Notes under the pieces: model-generated | Told to the model about the DNA's origin: nothing | The model's database searches: none | Seen by the model: the letters and a program-made list of their open reading frames with translations, nothing else | Part shown: positions 1 to 13,319 of the stretch, in pieces | How the letters are laid out: each line of letters opens with the position of its first letter | Position numbering within the stretch: position 1 is the first letter of the stretch | Program-made: the position numbers and the translations under genes | Source of the DNA: a virus | Lineage: Duplodnaviria; Heunggongvirae; Uroviricota; Caudoviricetes | DNA length: 41,934 nucleotides | Virus record (IMG/VR): IMGVR_UViG_2541047821_000007 | Strand: one strand, 5' to 3'

Positions 1-1284
1 TTACAGACTTCTTGAAGGTTGCGCAGCTGTTACAACACGCGGTTGATCTTCCGCGGCATCTTCCAGTGCACTTAAATCACGGTCTCTCACTTCTGGCATT
101 TTCAGCGCAGAGATTAAACCAATCACTGAATATGCCATGATCATAATGGCGATCGGATACCAGGATTCCGTCATGGTGCAGAAAATACCCGCCAGGATAG
201 GACCAAAACCGGAAGCGATAAGACCACCAATTTCTTTAGAAATCGCCATCCGGGTAAAGCGGTTTTTACAGCCGAACATTTCTGCCATGGTAATGTTTTC
301 CAGAGCAAATAATCCCAGCACCGCACAGTTATGAATCACAATCAGTGCAACCATAATGGTGCTCGGGGCATAGCTTTTATCTACGATGATAGAAAGCATT
401 GGCCACGCCAGCACAATCGCAGAGGTATTCATAATAATATACGGGATCCGGCGACCTATTTTATCGGATAACCAACCAAGGAACGGAATGGTCATAAAGC
501 CGAGAATCGAACTGATCATCAATGCATCTGTTGGAATTGCTTTGTTAAACAATAACGTCTGCACTAAATAGCCTGCAAGGAAAGTCTGAATTAAACCGGA
601 GTTACCAGCCTGACCAAAACGCAGCCCTGTTGCCAGCCAGAAGGATTTGCTCTGGAACATGCTACCAGCAGGTGCAGGTTTTGCTGTCGGTTGGTTGCTG
701 TCGTTAACCTTCTCAAAGACCGGGCTTTCTTTCAGATTCATACGCAACCAGATAGCAAAGACCATCACGACAACGCTCGCCAGGAACGGTATACGCCATC
801 CCCACGCAAGCAGTTCCTCTTTACTGAGAATGAAGAACATAAAGGCCCAGATTGCCGTTGCGCTCAAGGTTCCGCAGTTAGTCCCCATAGCAACAAATGA
901 GGAGATAATTCCGCGCTTACCTTTTGGTGCATATTCCGCCAGCATCGTGCCGGCACCGGAAATTTCCGCGCCTGCCCCCAGCCCCTGAATAATACGCAGC
1001 GTCACCAGCAAAATTGGCGCAAACACACCAATTTGTGCATAGGTCGGCAGCACACCAATTAAGGTAGTACAGATCCCCATCATAGTGATGGTAATAAAGA
1101 GCACTTTTTTACGCCCGATTCTGTCGCCCATTTTGCCGAAAATAAATGCTCCGACAATACGCGCCACATAACCTGCACCGTAGGTTCCCATTGCCAGAAT
1201 TAACGCCATTGCCGTTGATGATTCAGGAAAAAATATTTCATGAAACACTAACGCTGCGCCGAGCGAATATAACTGGAAATCCAT
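1..1284 (-). CDS. ydfJ: MFS transporter, 5'-truncated at the prophage junction (about 40 N-terminal residues of a normal MFS protein missing)
   Basis: 427-aa ORF reaching the window edge with stop at bases 1-3; the MFS loop 2-3 motif GKMGDRIGRKK appears after only one complete TM helix; multiple hydrophobic helices and a second DKIGRR loop. Confidence 0.75.
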   Translation of the reverse strand: MDFQLYSLGAALVFHEIFFPESSTAMALILAMGTYGAGYVARIVGAFIFGKMGDRIGRKKVLFITITMMGICTTLIGVLPTYAQIGVFAPILLVTLRIIQGLGAGAEISGAGTMLAEYAPKGKRGIISSFVAMGTNCGTLSATAIWAFMFFILSKEELLAWGWRIPFLASVVVMVFAIWLRMNLKESPVFEKVNDSNQPTAKPAPAGSMFQSKSFWLATGLRFGQAGNSGLIQTFLAGYLVQTLLFNKAIPTDALMISSILGFMTIPFLGWLSDKIGRRIPYIIMNTSAIVLAWPMLSIIVDKSYAPSTIMVALIVIHNCAVLGLFALENITMAEMFGCKNRFTRMAISKEIGGLIASGFGPILAGIFCTMTESWYPIAIMIMAYSVIGLISALKMPEVRDRDLSALEDAAEDQPRVVTAAQPSRSL

Positions 1285-1887
1285 AATTCACAGGTGTTTT
1301 TTCCCATCCTGTGGTTTCCTTGGCGTTTTCTAGGTTTTTTCAGATAGTTGCATTTTTTAAAAAGCATCCTAAGTTCGATCTCAGTGTCTATCTGGGGCCT
1401 ATTTCTGTCCCATATATGCCCCAAAAAAACTCCCCAACAGATAAGTAGTTTTTTCATGGATTTATGCGTAAAATCAAGAACGGCTGGAAATCATTCAATA
1501 CTCACACTATCGAAAAATTTACCAGCCAACCGCAGCACGTTCTTGCATAAGGCGTGTCTGCGGTTTTTCAACTATTCAGATACATCACTCCCATCACATT
1601 CATTCCTCCGCATCAAAGGCATATAGGCTATATCACCTTGATATTTTTCTTCTTCAGATAAAAACTGTTATCTATGTATACTTTTAAACCCAATCCGTGT
1701 AGAGTCTCTGCATAAGATAGTTTGCAGTTGCCGCTTCAGCTTGCGCCATAAACCGCCTGATTTTTGCTGCCACCTGTTAGCATTCCTGTATACCTGAAAC
1801 GACAATGTTTATCTACGAACTTTAAGAACACCCAAGATAAAAATTGTCAACTATATCATATATAACACATTACTAATTCGAGGCTAT

Positions 1888-2001
1888 ATGAACAGCATAC
1901 TGATAATCACTTCTCTCCTTATCATATTCAGCATTTTTAGTCATGCCCTAATAAAATTAGGGATTGGCATATCCAATAACCCAGACAAAACCGATGTATA
2001 A
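1888..2001 (+). CDS. small hydrophobic 37-aa ORF, putative single-TM membrane peptide
   Basis: ATG at 1888 preceded by GAGG (4-nt spacing); translation [37 protein letters not shown]; below the 60-aa cut-off of the ORF track. Confidence 0.25.
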
Positions 2002-2069
2002 GCCAACATATCCTGAATCAGACATACAATATCGCAATGAAAATCAATAATATTTTAAGGAATATCTTC

Positions 2070-2303
2070 ATGAAATCAAAAGACACCCTAAAGTGGTTCC
2101 CTGCGCAGCTTCCTGAAGTAAGAATTATCCTAGGGGATGCTGTAGTGGAAGTAGCAAAACAGGGAAGACCTATCAATACCAGAACATTGCTTGATTACAT
2201 TGAAGGAAACATAAAGAAAAAATCATGGCTGGATAACAAAGAATTATTACAAACAGCGATATCAGTTCTTAAAGACAACCAAAATTTAAATGGTAAAATG
2301 TAA
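2070..2303 (+). CDS. ydfK: YdfK/YnaE-family cold-shock-associated prophage protein (77 aa)
   Basis: Internal ATG at 2070 with AAGGA 8 nt upstream; MKSKDTLKWFPAQLPEV... recognised as YdfK-like; sits beside pin as in Qin/Rac. Confidence 0.65.
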   Translation: MKSKDTLKWFPAQLPEVRIILGDAVVEVAKQGRPINTRTLLDYIEGNIKKKSWLDNKELLQTAISVLKDNQNLNGKM

Positions 2304-2619
2304 TATAATAAACTTACTTTTTTATCATTTTTCCACTTTAACAACATTTTGCTCCACTTTTCCACGACCAAACAACTTGAAATCTGGTTAAAATAACACG
2401 CAACACTATTCTTCTTCCTTGAGTCCGCCCGGAACTCGAAAAACAAACCGAGTTAAAGCCATTTTTCACAAAATCGATTTTGGGTCTCACCAAAATTACG
2501 GGGTTGCATACGCATTCGTTTATTTTCGAACGTGTACATACAAATATGTACAAAAATAATCAAAATTATTTTCTGAGATGCATTATGATATGAACACCAA
2601 TTTCGTATAGAATCTCACT

Positions 2620-3210
2620 ATGTCTCGAATTTTTGCTTACTGTCGGATATCAACGCTGGATCAGACCACCGAAAATCAACGCCGGGAAATCGAAAGTGCA
2701 GGTTTTAAAATCAAACCTCAGCAAATAATCGAAGAACACATTAGCGGCTCAGCAGCAACCAGTGAGCGTCCTGGTTTTAACCGGTTGCTTGCTCGCCTGA
2801 AATGTGGTGATCAATTGATTGTGACAAAACTGGATCGCCTTGGTTGTAATGCAATGGATATCAGGAAAACAGTGGAACAACTGACCGAAACAGGTATCAG
2901 AGTGCATTGCTTAGCATTGGGGGGCATTGACCTGACCAGTCCAACAGGAAAAATGATGATGCAAGTAATTTCAGCAGTCGCTGAATTTGAACGAGACCTT
3001 TTACTTGAACGCACTCATTCCGGGATAGTAAGAGCCCGCGGCGCAGGGAAACGTTTTGGTCGACCACCTGTGTTAAATGAAGAACAGAAACAGGTGGTAT
3101 TCGAACGAATTAAGTCAGGTGTAAGTATAAGTGCCATTGCCCGGGAATTCAAAACCTCGCGGCAAACCATTTTAAGAGCCAAAGCAAAACTTCAGACACC
3201 TGACATATAA
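2620..3210 (+). CDS. pinQ: serine recombinase, DNA invertase (Pin/Gin/Hin family)
   Basis: 196 aa; N-terminal catalytic region with Ser in [10 protein letters not shown]-terminal HTH ([15 protein letters not shown]); adjacent to tfa/stf as in Qin and Rac. Confidence 0.85.
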
Positions 3211-3307
3211 AAAATAATCTCGGTGTGAGATGCTTTACGTCTTCCAAGCCCCCTTCCTTGCCGTAAATGGAAAGATACATCTAATTATAGAATTTATATG
3301 TTTTACC

Positions 3308-3883
3308 CTACGGCAGTGCTGGCCATTCAATATCCTGTGCAGTTGACGTATCAACACGGTTCAGCAATACCCGATACTTTTTCCATGCTTCCAGCAACGA
3401 GATTTCTTCCTCCGTTGCAATTTCCAGATCTGCAGCATCCTGAAGCGGCGCAATATGCTCACTGGCTACCTGCATCAGGTTGTTTTTTGTTTCTTCCGCC
3501 TCCCGGATCCGGAACAGTTTTTCTGCTTCCGTATCCTTCACCCAGGCTGTGCCGTTCCACTTCTGAAACTCCCCTTCCGGGGATAACCAGGTGACATTTT
3601 CCGGTAATGGGCCAAGTTCAGAAATAAATAACGCGTCGCCGGAAGCCACGTCATAGACGGTTTTACCCCGATGATCTTCAACGAGATGCCACGATGCCTC
3701 ATCACTGTTGAAAACAGCCACGAAGCCAGCCGGAATATCTGGCGGTGCAATATCGGTACTGTTTGCTGGCAGACCTGTATGAGGCGGAATATATGCGTCA
3801 CCTTCACCAATAAATTCATTAGTTCCTGCCAGCAGATTATAAATTTTTATGGTCCGTGGTTGTTCACTCATTCTGAATGCCAT
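3308..3883 (-). CDS. tfaQ: tail fibre assembly protein (Tfa)
   Basis: 191 aa, [26 protein letters not shown]...; start overlaps stf stop; conserved Tfa C-terminus. Confidence 0.85.
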   Translation of the reverse strand: MAFRMSEQPRTIKIYNLLAGTNEFIGEGDAYIPPHTGLPANSTDIAPPDIPAGFVAVFNSDEASWHLVEDHRGKTVYDVASGDALFISELGPLPENVTWLSPEGEFQKWNGTAWVKDTEAEKLFRIREAEETKNNLMQVASEHIAPLQDAADLEIATEEEISLLEAWKKYRVLLNRVDTSTAQDIEWPALP

Positions 3884-6798
3884 TATGCAAGCCTCACAAT
3901 GTAGTTAAATGCGATGTTTTTGACAGTGTTTTCCGCGTTACCAGCAGCGTTAACGGTGATGGTGTGTCCATGTGAGCCAATCGCAACAGAGTGCGTATGA
4001 GCACCAATACCGACAGTATGTGCGTGAGCACCTGCAGATGCAGCTGTGCCGCTGACACTATGAGTGTGCGCTCCTGCAGCACTTGTATTCACACTGGCCG
4101 CAGACACTACCTTATGTACTGACCCATTTTGTGACCACTGGCTGACTGCTGATGCGCCTGTGACACTATGAGTATGGTTTCCGGCACTTGCGGCTGTACC
4201 GCTCACACTGTGCGTATGCGCCCCGGTGTTATTCGTGGATTTAGTGCCGTAATCAAACGACGATGTGGTTTTCGTCCCCAAATCCGTACTGGATGCACTG
4301 GCGCTGTGGGTGTGCGATTTAATGCCGTCCTGTTCCTGAGACAATACGGCCCGACCACTGGCAGGTTTGCCCTTAATCGTCCAGCCACGCATATCAGGGA
4401 TCACGCCTGACGGATAAGCGGTTGCAAGTTTCGGGTAAGCGGATTTGTCAAAAGTCTGCCCCTGCATCAGGGCATAACCAGACGGAACGGTATCTGATGG
4501 CCACGGGATTGGTGCGCCAGGCGGATAAAACTGCTCTGATGGCGTATAGAGTGAATAAACTGTACCGTCCGTTAACCCTTCCGGCTTATTAGCAGAATAT
4601 GCTGGTGACGTATGAATAGTCACGCTGGCATTACTGGTATAATCCCATTGAATATTTACACCAGTCGCATAATTTCCGATTGCAACGTAAATATCGTAAG
4701 TATCACCAGATGTATTGACCCAGGCAAAATTTGTAAACCCTGTCGATGTGCGCTGCCATAAAGCACCAGTAATCCCCTTCGGATTACCATTACCTGCACG
4801 CAAAACAAGTTCAGATATACCTGCCTGTTGAGGTGACCCCACGTTAAATCCCGCGCCACCAATCAACGTAATTGAAACAACAGAACTCGCCTGTGGCATG
4901 GTTACCGTTGCTAATTTGAACCAACCAGCACCACCGCTGAATGACATTGTTGTTGAGTTAAGCGTACCAATATCTTTCGGCGTCAGTGTTATATCCGCTG
5001 AAAGCGCCTTACCATTCACCTTACGGGCAGAAGGTACCCGACCATTCGCATTATCATTAGCTGCTTTCACTGCTTTCGGTGTCGCGGCAAGCGTTTCAGA
5101 TGCGCTGTTGGTTGCACTACTGAGCTGGACAATTCCTTTTTGTGCTGTCGTAGCGTCCTGAGCAGTATATTTCCCGTTAGCAAGGTCATAGGCTGCCTTT
5201 ACCGACTTTGGCGTTGCCGCCAGCATTTCAGATGTGCTGTTGGTCGCGCTGCTGAGCTGAACTATCCCTTTTTGTGCTGTCGTTGCATCCTGTGCGGTGT
5301 ATTTCCCGTTAGCCAGCTCATACGCGGCCTTAACGGCTTTTGGCGTTGCCGCCAGTGACTCGGAAGTGCTGTTAGTCGCACTGCTGAGCTGTACTATCCC
5401 CTTTTTCGTCGTGCTCGCATCCTCAAGCGCCACGGCGGATGCAATATCCTCTGCCCGTTTTGCCGCTGTCTCGGCGCGCGTTGCCGCGGATTCCGCCGTA
5501 CTTTTGCTCTGAGCTGCCGCCGTCGCACTGCCAGCTGCCTCTGTCGCCTTCGTGGATGCCGTCGTGGCGCTGCCCTTTGCTGCTGACGCCTGTCTGGTCG
5601 CCTCATCTTTTGAAGCAGACGCAGATGATGCCGATGACGCCGCCGAACTGGCGGACGATGCGGCAGCCGTTTTTGAGGATTCTGCGCTGGTTTCCGACGC
5701 TTTCGCGTTCGTCTCGGATGTCTTCGCTGCGGAAGCAGACCTCGCTGCTGCGCTGGCCTGTTCAGTGGCTTCGCCAGCCTTCGTTGTGGCTGTTGAAGCG
5801 GACGATGCGGCGCTTTCTGCCGATTTTCCGGCAGCGGTGGCACTGGCTGAGGCCTGCCCGGCACTTGTTGACGCGGCACTGGCAGACGACGCAGCCGCTG
5901 TTTTTGAGCCTGCCGCAGCTGAGGCGCTCTGTCCCGCTGCCGTCTCAGAAGACCTGGCGTTCGTCTCGGACGTTTTTGCCGCCTTCGCGGAATTTGCTGC
6001 CGCCGTTGCCGAGGAAGCTGCGCTACTGGCGCTCGAGGATGCGTTCGTTTCTGATGATTTTGCCGCCTCTTTTGAAGCCGACGCATCCCGGGCTGAGGTG
6101 GCAGCTTCTGACGCTTTCGTGGTCGCGGTGGATGCAGAAGTGGCGGCTGATTGTTGTGACGCTGCAGCATTCGTTTCTGACGTTTTCGCGGCAGCGGCAC
6201 TGGTAGCTGCCGCGCTTTTTGAGGACTCTGCAGCGGCAGCACTTTTTTCCGCTTCAGTGGCCTTTGTTGATGCCGTTCCTGCGCTGGAAGACGCTGACTG
6301 AGCCGACGAAGCGGCCTGTCCGGCTGACGTGCTGGCTGCACGTGCTGAATCTGCAGCATCAGTCGCATGGGTTGCCGCCTCACGGGCAGATGTGCCGGCA
6401 TCACTGGCTGACTTCTTCGCGGCTGCCGTGTTCTGTGCCACCACGGACGCGTTACGCGCCACCTCTTCCACCATCTGTTCAAAACGGCGCAGTGCCTCCG
6501 GACGGGCATCATCCTCCGTCATGGCACCGAGAAAATCATTCAGCGTACCGGGTTGAGAATCTTCATACACGGTGATGGTCCCGGCATGTGACGGCGGGAA
6601 TCCTTCCACCAACAGAATAACGCTGTACTGCCCGTACTCAACGTCCATGCTGTAACGCCCGGCTTCATCCGGATTTTCTGAGGCCAGCGTGTTCACCACC
6701 ACCGTGGTGCTGTTACGTTTTGCTTTCAGCTGGATTGTGCAGTTCTGTACCGGTTTTCCTGTGCCGTCTTTCAGTACACCTGAAATCTTTACTGCCAT
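3883..6798 (-). CDS. stf: side tail fibre protein (Stf) with Ala/Ser-rich low-complexity stalk, three 44-aa tandem repeats and His-rich C-terminal domain
   Basis: Track ORF begins at GTG 6804; ATG at 6798 preceded by GGGGTG; N-terminus [27 protein letters not shown] is lambda Stf-like; follows lom and precedes tfa. Confidence 0.85.
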   Translation of the reverse strand: MAVKISGVLKDGTGKPVQNCTIQLKAKRNSTTVVVNTLASENPDEAGRYSMDVEYGQYSVILLVEGFPPSHAGTITVYEDSQPGTLNDFLGAMTEDDARPEALRRFEQMVEEVARNASVVAQNTAAAKKSASDAGTSAREAATHATDAADSARAASTSAGQAASSAQSASSSAGTASTKATEAEKSAAAAESSKSAAATSAAAAKTSETNAAASQQSAATSASTATTKASEAATSARDASASKEAAKSSETNASSSASSAASSATAAANSAKAAKTSETNARSSETAAGQSASAAAGSKTAAASSASAASTSAGQASASATAAGKSAESAASSASTATTKAGEATEQASAAARSASAAKTSETNAKASETSAESSKTAAASSASSAASSASSASASKDEATRQASAAKGSATTASTKATEAAGSATAAAQSKSTAESAATRAETAAKRAEDIASAVALEDASTTKKGIVQLSSATNSTSESLAATPKAVKAAYELANGKYTAQDATTAQKGIVQLSSATNSTSEMLAATPKSVKAAYDLANGKYTAQDATTAQKGIVQLSSATNSASETLAATPKAVKAANDNANGRVPSARKVNGKALSADITLTPKDIGTLNSTTMSFSGGAGWFKLATVTMPQASSVVSITLIGGAGFNVGSPQQAGISELVLRAGNGNPKGITGALWQRTSTGFTNFAWVNTSGDTYDIYVAIGNYATGVNIQWDYTSNASVTIHTSPAYSANKPEGLTDGTVYSLYTPSEQFYPPGAPIPWPSDTVPSGYALMQGQTFDKSAYPKLATAYPSGVIPDMRGWTIKGKPASGRAVLSQEQDGIKSHTHSASASSTDLGTKTTSSFDYGTKSTNNTGAHTHSVSGTAASAGNHTHSVTGASAVSQWSQNGSVHKVVSAASVNTSAAGAHTHSVSGTAASAGAHAHTVGIGAHTHSVAIGSHGHTITVNAAGNAENTVKNIAFNYIVRLA
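5037..5410 (-). repeat. three tandem ~132-bp in-frame repeats inside stf
   Basis: Protein repeats [15 protein letters not shown](S/M/T)LAATPK(A/S)[18 protein letters not shown] at residues 468, 512 and 556; matching DNA repeat visible directly. Confidence 0.8.
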
Positions 6799-6807
6799 AT
6801 TCACCCC

Positions 6808-6836
6808 ACAAAAAAGCCCGCCTGAACCGGCGGGCT
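6808..6836 (-). terminator. intrinsic terminator downstream of lom, abutting the stf RBS
   Basis: Minus-strand hairpin AGCCCGCC-GGTTCA-GGCGGGCT followed by TTTTTTGTGG. Confidence 0.6.
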
Positions 6837-6862
6837 GTCATAACACTGTGTTACCTGGCTAA

Positions 6863-7462
6863 TCAGAACTTATAACCGACACCCACGATGAAACCGTCAG
6901 TGCGCCAGTCGCCACTGCCGGAGCCTTCATAAGCAATATCAATGGCCACGGATTCGGTCGGGTTAAACTGCACGCCAGCTCCCCACGCCAGAGACGTGTT
7001 GCTGTGGCGACCGTCATCACTTCCGGTCAGCACGTCGTGCGTTTTCCCCTTGTTGTCAGTTACGCGGAGATAATCCCCGGAGAAAGTCGACACACGGCTG
7101 TAAGCCATACCCGCCATCGCATACGCGCTGAACCATTCATTCACGCGCACAGACGGCCCCACCATCACGCTGAACCAGCGGTTACGCACGGAATCTTCAT
7201 GCCAGCGGGTATCGCTGTAACGGGTAAGCTGGCGATTCTTGTCTCCTGCATAGCTGAATGACGTCACCAGCCCCAGTGTGTCCGTAAACTCATAACGGTA
7301 TTTCACGTTAATCCCGTTCAGATCATCACTGCCGGGAACGTTCGTCCGGGCATGAAGATACCCCGCGCTCAGCGTGGACTGATGTTCAGACGCCCATGCA
7401 GGCGCACCGGATACGGCCAGACAAATGGCTGCGGACAAAATGGCGGCATAAAGTTTACGCAT
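6863..7462 (-). CDS. lom: Lom/Ail/OmpX-family outer-membrane beta-barrel protein (moron)
   Basis: 199 aa; signal peptide [24 protein letters not shown]; C-terminal aromatic residue (…GVGYKF); between J and stf as in lambda. Confidence 0.85.
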
Positions 7463-7485
7463 AATTACCTCTCGCTTTTCTGCAA

Positions 7486-7510
7486 TAAAAAAGGCGTCAT
7501 TTCTGACGCC
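7486..7510 (-). terminator. intrinsic terminator between J and lom
   Basis: Minus-strand hairpin GGCGTCA-GAAA-TGACGCC followed by TTTTTTATT, about 20 nt after the J stop. Confidence 0.6.
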
Positions 7511-7528
7511 CGTTCTGGGTTATAAAAT

Positions 7529-10930
<3,402 letters not shown>

Positions 10931-10987
10931 TCACGCTCCATAAACGATAAAACCGCCCGGAGGCGGTTTCACATAAAACATTTTGCA

Positions 10988-11635
10988 TCAGCGACCAATC
11001 ACCACAACCTGACCACCATCCCCTTCGTCTGCCGTGCTGATCTCCTGAGAAACCACACGTGACCCCACGCGCATTTCACCGTACAGAACAGGCAGAACAT
11101 TGCCCTGGGCAACCATGTTATCCAGTGAGGAGAAATAGGTGTTCTGTTTGCCGTTATCTGTACTGGCTGCCGTGGGCGTCCTGGCTTTCGGTGCCAGCAT
11201 CTGCGCCACTCCGCCCAGGATCATACTGGCCCCTGCCGCATACATGCCCGATACAGCCGCGGCCCCCAGCCAGCCCACAGGGTTCCACCATGCCACCGCA
11301 ATCAGCGCCGCCCCAAGCACCACCTGAAACACACCGCCACTTTTAGCTCCCGCCAGACGCGGCACGATGTGGATCACGGCACCATTTGCCAGCGGCTCAT
11401 TAAGACGGGCAGATAATTCATTTTCGCCTGCATCACGCCCGGCAATGCGCACCTGATACCAGCCCTCATTCAGTTTCTGACGAAACACCGGGAGCTGTGT
11501 GGCCAGTGCCCGGATGGCTTCAGCCCCCGTTTTCACACGAAGGTCGATACGGCGACCAAATCGTTGCAAATCCCCGTAAAGGCAGATGCGTGCCATGCCC
11601 GGTGACGCCAGAGGGAGTGTGTGCGTCGCTGCCAT
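10988..11635 (-). CDS. I: tail assembly protein I
   Basis: 215 aa, MAATHTLPLASPGMARICLYGDLQRFGRRIDLRV...; C-terminus SRVVSQEISTADEGDGGQVVVIGR; start overlaps K by ~100 bp. Confidence 0.85.
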   Translation of the reverse strand: MAATHTLPLASPGMARICLYGDLQRFGRRIDLRVKTGAEAIRALATQLPVFRQKLNEGWYQVRIAGRDAGENELSARLNEPLANGAVIHIVPRLAGAKSGGVFQVVLGAALIAVAWWNPVGWLGAAAVSGMYAAGASMILGGVAQMLAPKARTPTAASTDNGKQNTYFSSLDNMVAQGNVLPVLYGEMRVGSRVVSQEISTADEGDGGQVVVIGR

Positions 11636-12285
11636 TTGTCGGTGTACCTCTCTCGTTTACTCAGTTGTTCAGGAATATGGTGCAGCAGCTCGCCGTCGCC
11701 ACAGTAAATGGCGGCATGATTCGGCACCGATGAACCAAAACAGCACAGCAGCACATCGCCCGGCTGGGCCGCTGACAACGGCACCTGATACAACCCCGTT
11801 GCCTCCATATTATCCAGATAGAGATTCTGGCCGTGACGCCACCAGTCATCCCCGCGATGAAAATCCGGCATCTCAATTCCCGCCAGATGGTAAGCGTCCC
11901 GGAACAGCGTGTAACAGTCCGTCACCCCGTGCTCAAAGCGCCGCCCGGTGAGATGCGGCACACAGCGGAATTTATGAATCGCCCCCCGGCAGACCAGCCA
12001 CCACGGCAAATCACTCTGCACCTGCAGCCGCCGGTCGGCCTCACTCAGCCAGGGCAGACCACCGGGGTGGCTGTGGACCAGCGCCACAATCTCTCCCTGC
12101 ATTTCTGCACTCAGCCAGTCCTCCGGCGACATCCGGAAATACGCCTCCGGCTCACCAGAGATATTCACGCAGGGAAAATATCTTTCCCCCTCCGGTGTTC
12201 TCACCACGAAGCCGCACGACTCCGCTGGCGCACATCGCCGGGCGTGCGCCAGAATCGCTGATTCTGTCTCTGTCATGGGATTCAC
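11533..12285 (-). CDS. K: tail assembly protein K (JAB/MPN and NlpC/P60-like)
   Basis: 250 aa; HSHPGG metal-binding motif (…VALVHSHPGGLPWLSEADR); start overlaps L stop by 4 nt. Confidence 0.85.
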   Translation of the reverse strand: MNPMTETESAILAHARRCAPAESCGFVVRTPEGERYFPCVNISGEPEAYFRMSPEDWLSAEMQGEIVALVHSHPGGLPWLSEADRRLQVQSDLPWWLVCRGAIHKFRCVPHLTGRRFEHGVTDCYTLFRDAYHLAGIEMPDFHRGDDWWRHGQNLYLDNMEATGLYQVPLSAAQPGDVLLCCFGSSVPNHAAIYCGDGELLHHIPEQLSKRERYTDKWQRRTHSLWRHRAWHASAFTGICNDLVAVSTFV

Positions 12286-12980
12286 TGCGAAAGTTTGTTA
12301 ATGGAAAGGAAGCCGCCAAAGTTGCCGACGTTATTGCGAAACTTACAGCCGCTCAGGCATTTGCTGCATTTATCCTTCGTGATATCGGACGTCGGCTGAT
12401 CATATTCATCCGCGACCGCCGGACCGTGATAACCGCACTCGTCACCGCGATAGGTCCAGGTGCAGGTGTTGGCCAGCATGATGCGCCCCGGAAAAACGGC
12501 ACCGTCCGTTTCCGTCGGCGTGGACAGTACAAAAGAGGCACTCACCGCGCTCAGTTCGCTGCACTGCTCGATGCGCCAGCGGCTGATCACCTCCTGCTCA
12601 GGATCGGCGTCACTGTTTCCGTTGACGAAGTTCACCGCATCCAGAAAACGGGCGTAAACCTTACGCCTGACCACCGTTCCGCCGACCAGACTCTGCAGAT
12701 CTTCCGCCATCCCGGTGACCATGCCGTGCAGGTTAGAAACCGTCAGTGTCGGACGGGCAGCACTGCCCTTGCCATTCAGTTCAAATCCCGTCCCCTGAAT
12801 GGGGTATGCCTGATACTGCCGCCCCTGCCAGGTAACCGGCTCACCTTTTTCGTTCTGCTCATTACAGAAAAAATAACGTTCACCACCGACCTCTGTCAGA
12901 TCGATTTCCCAGAGCACCACCTGGGCTGACTGAGTGAGGCGTGTCGTCTCATGATGTGTTTCCTGTGGAATATCCTGCAT
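12282..12980 (-). CDS. L: minor tail protein L
   Basis: 232 aa, lambda L length; C-terminal Cys cluster (CSKCLSGCKF). Confidence 0.85.
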   Translation of the reverse strand: MQDIPQETHHETTRLTQSAQVVLWEIDLTEVGGERYFFCNEQNEKGEPVTWQGRQYQAYPIQGTGFELNGKGSAARPTLTVSNLHGMVTGMAEDLQSLVGGTVVRRKVYARFLDAVNFVNGNSDADPEQEVISRWRIEQCSELSAVSASFVLSTPTETDGAVFPGRIMLANTCTWTYRGDECGYHGPAVADEYDQPTSDITKDKCSKCLSGCKFRNNVGNFGGFLSINKLSQ

Positions 12981-12989
12981 CAGAGCCTC

Positions 12990-13319
12990 CTATGCCACGA
13001 CCTGTTCAAAATCTGCCGTTATGGTTACCCACAACGCCCCCACGCTTGCCGACCATTTACGACAAACCACCCTGATCGGCTTCCAGTCATAAGGTGGCGT
13101 CCACTGAAATGCGCGGACGCCACCGTGCCGTTCCAGAAAGGCTTTTAAAGATGGGTGTTCACATTTACGAACACGTATCGTCACGCTGTAAGTCGACAAC
13201 TGGTTATTCAGTCCCGCCGCACGACGCTGTTCATAACCATCGCCAAGCTTCACTGTCACCACTTTCGGCTCTGATACCACATTCATATCCGGGCGCACTT
13301 TCCAGTGAAACGTCTCCAT
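12990..13319 (-). CDS. M: minor tail protein M
   Basis: 109 aa, lambda M length; start overlaps H stop. Confidence 0.85.
   Translation of the reverse strand: METFHWKVRPDMNVVSEPKVVTVKLGDGYEQRRAAGLNNQLSTYSVTIRVRKCEHPSLKAFLERHGGVRAFQWTPPYDWKPIRVVCRKWSASVGALWVTITADFEQVVA

Noticed and set aside
3211-3307. Possible Pin crossover (pix) site in the pinQ-tfa gap
   Set aside because: Only weak dyad symmetry (TTCC...GGAA); no convincing match to the 26-bp gix/hix-type pattern.
5394-6512. Long ORFs on both strands inside stf (372-aa Arg/Pro/Gln-rich minus-frame ORF; 249-aa and 255-aa plus-strand ORFs)
   Set aside because: Frame artefacts of the GC-rich Ala/Ser repeat region; extreme low-complexity composition, no RBS, fully inside a confidently assigned gene.
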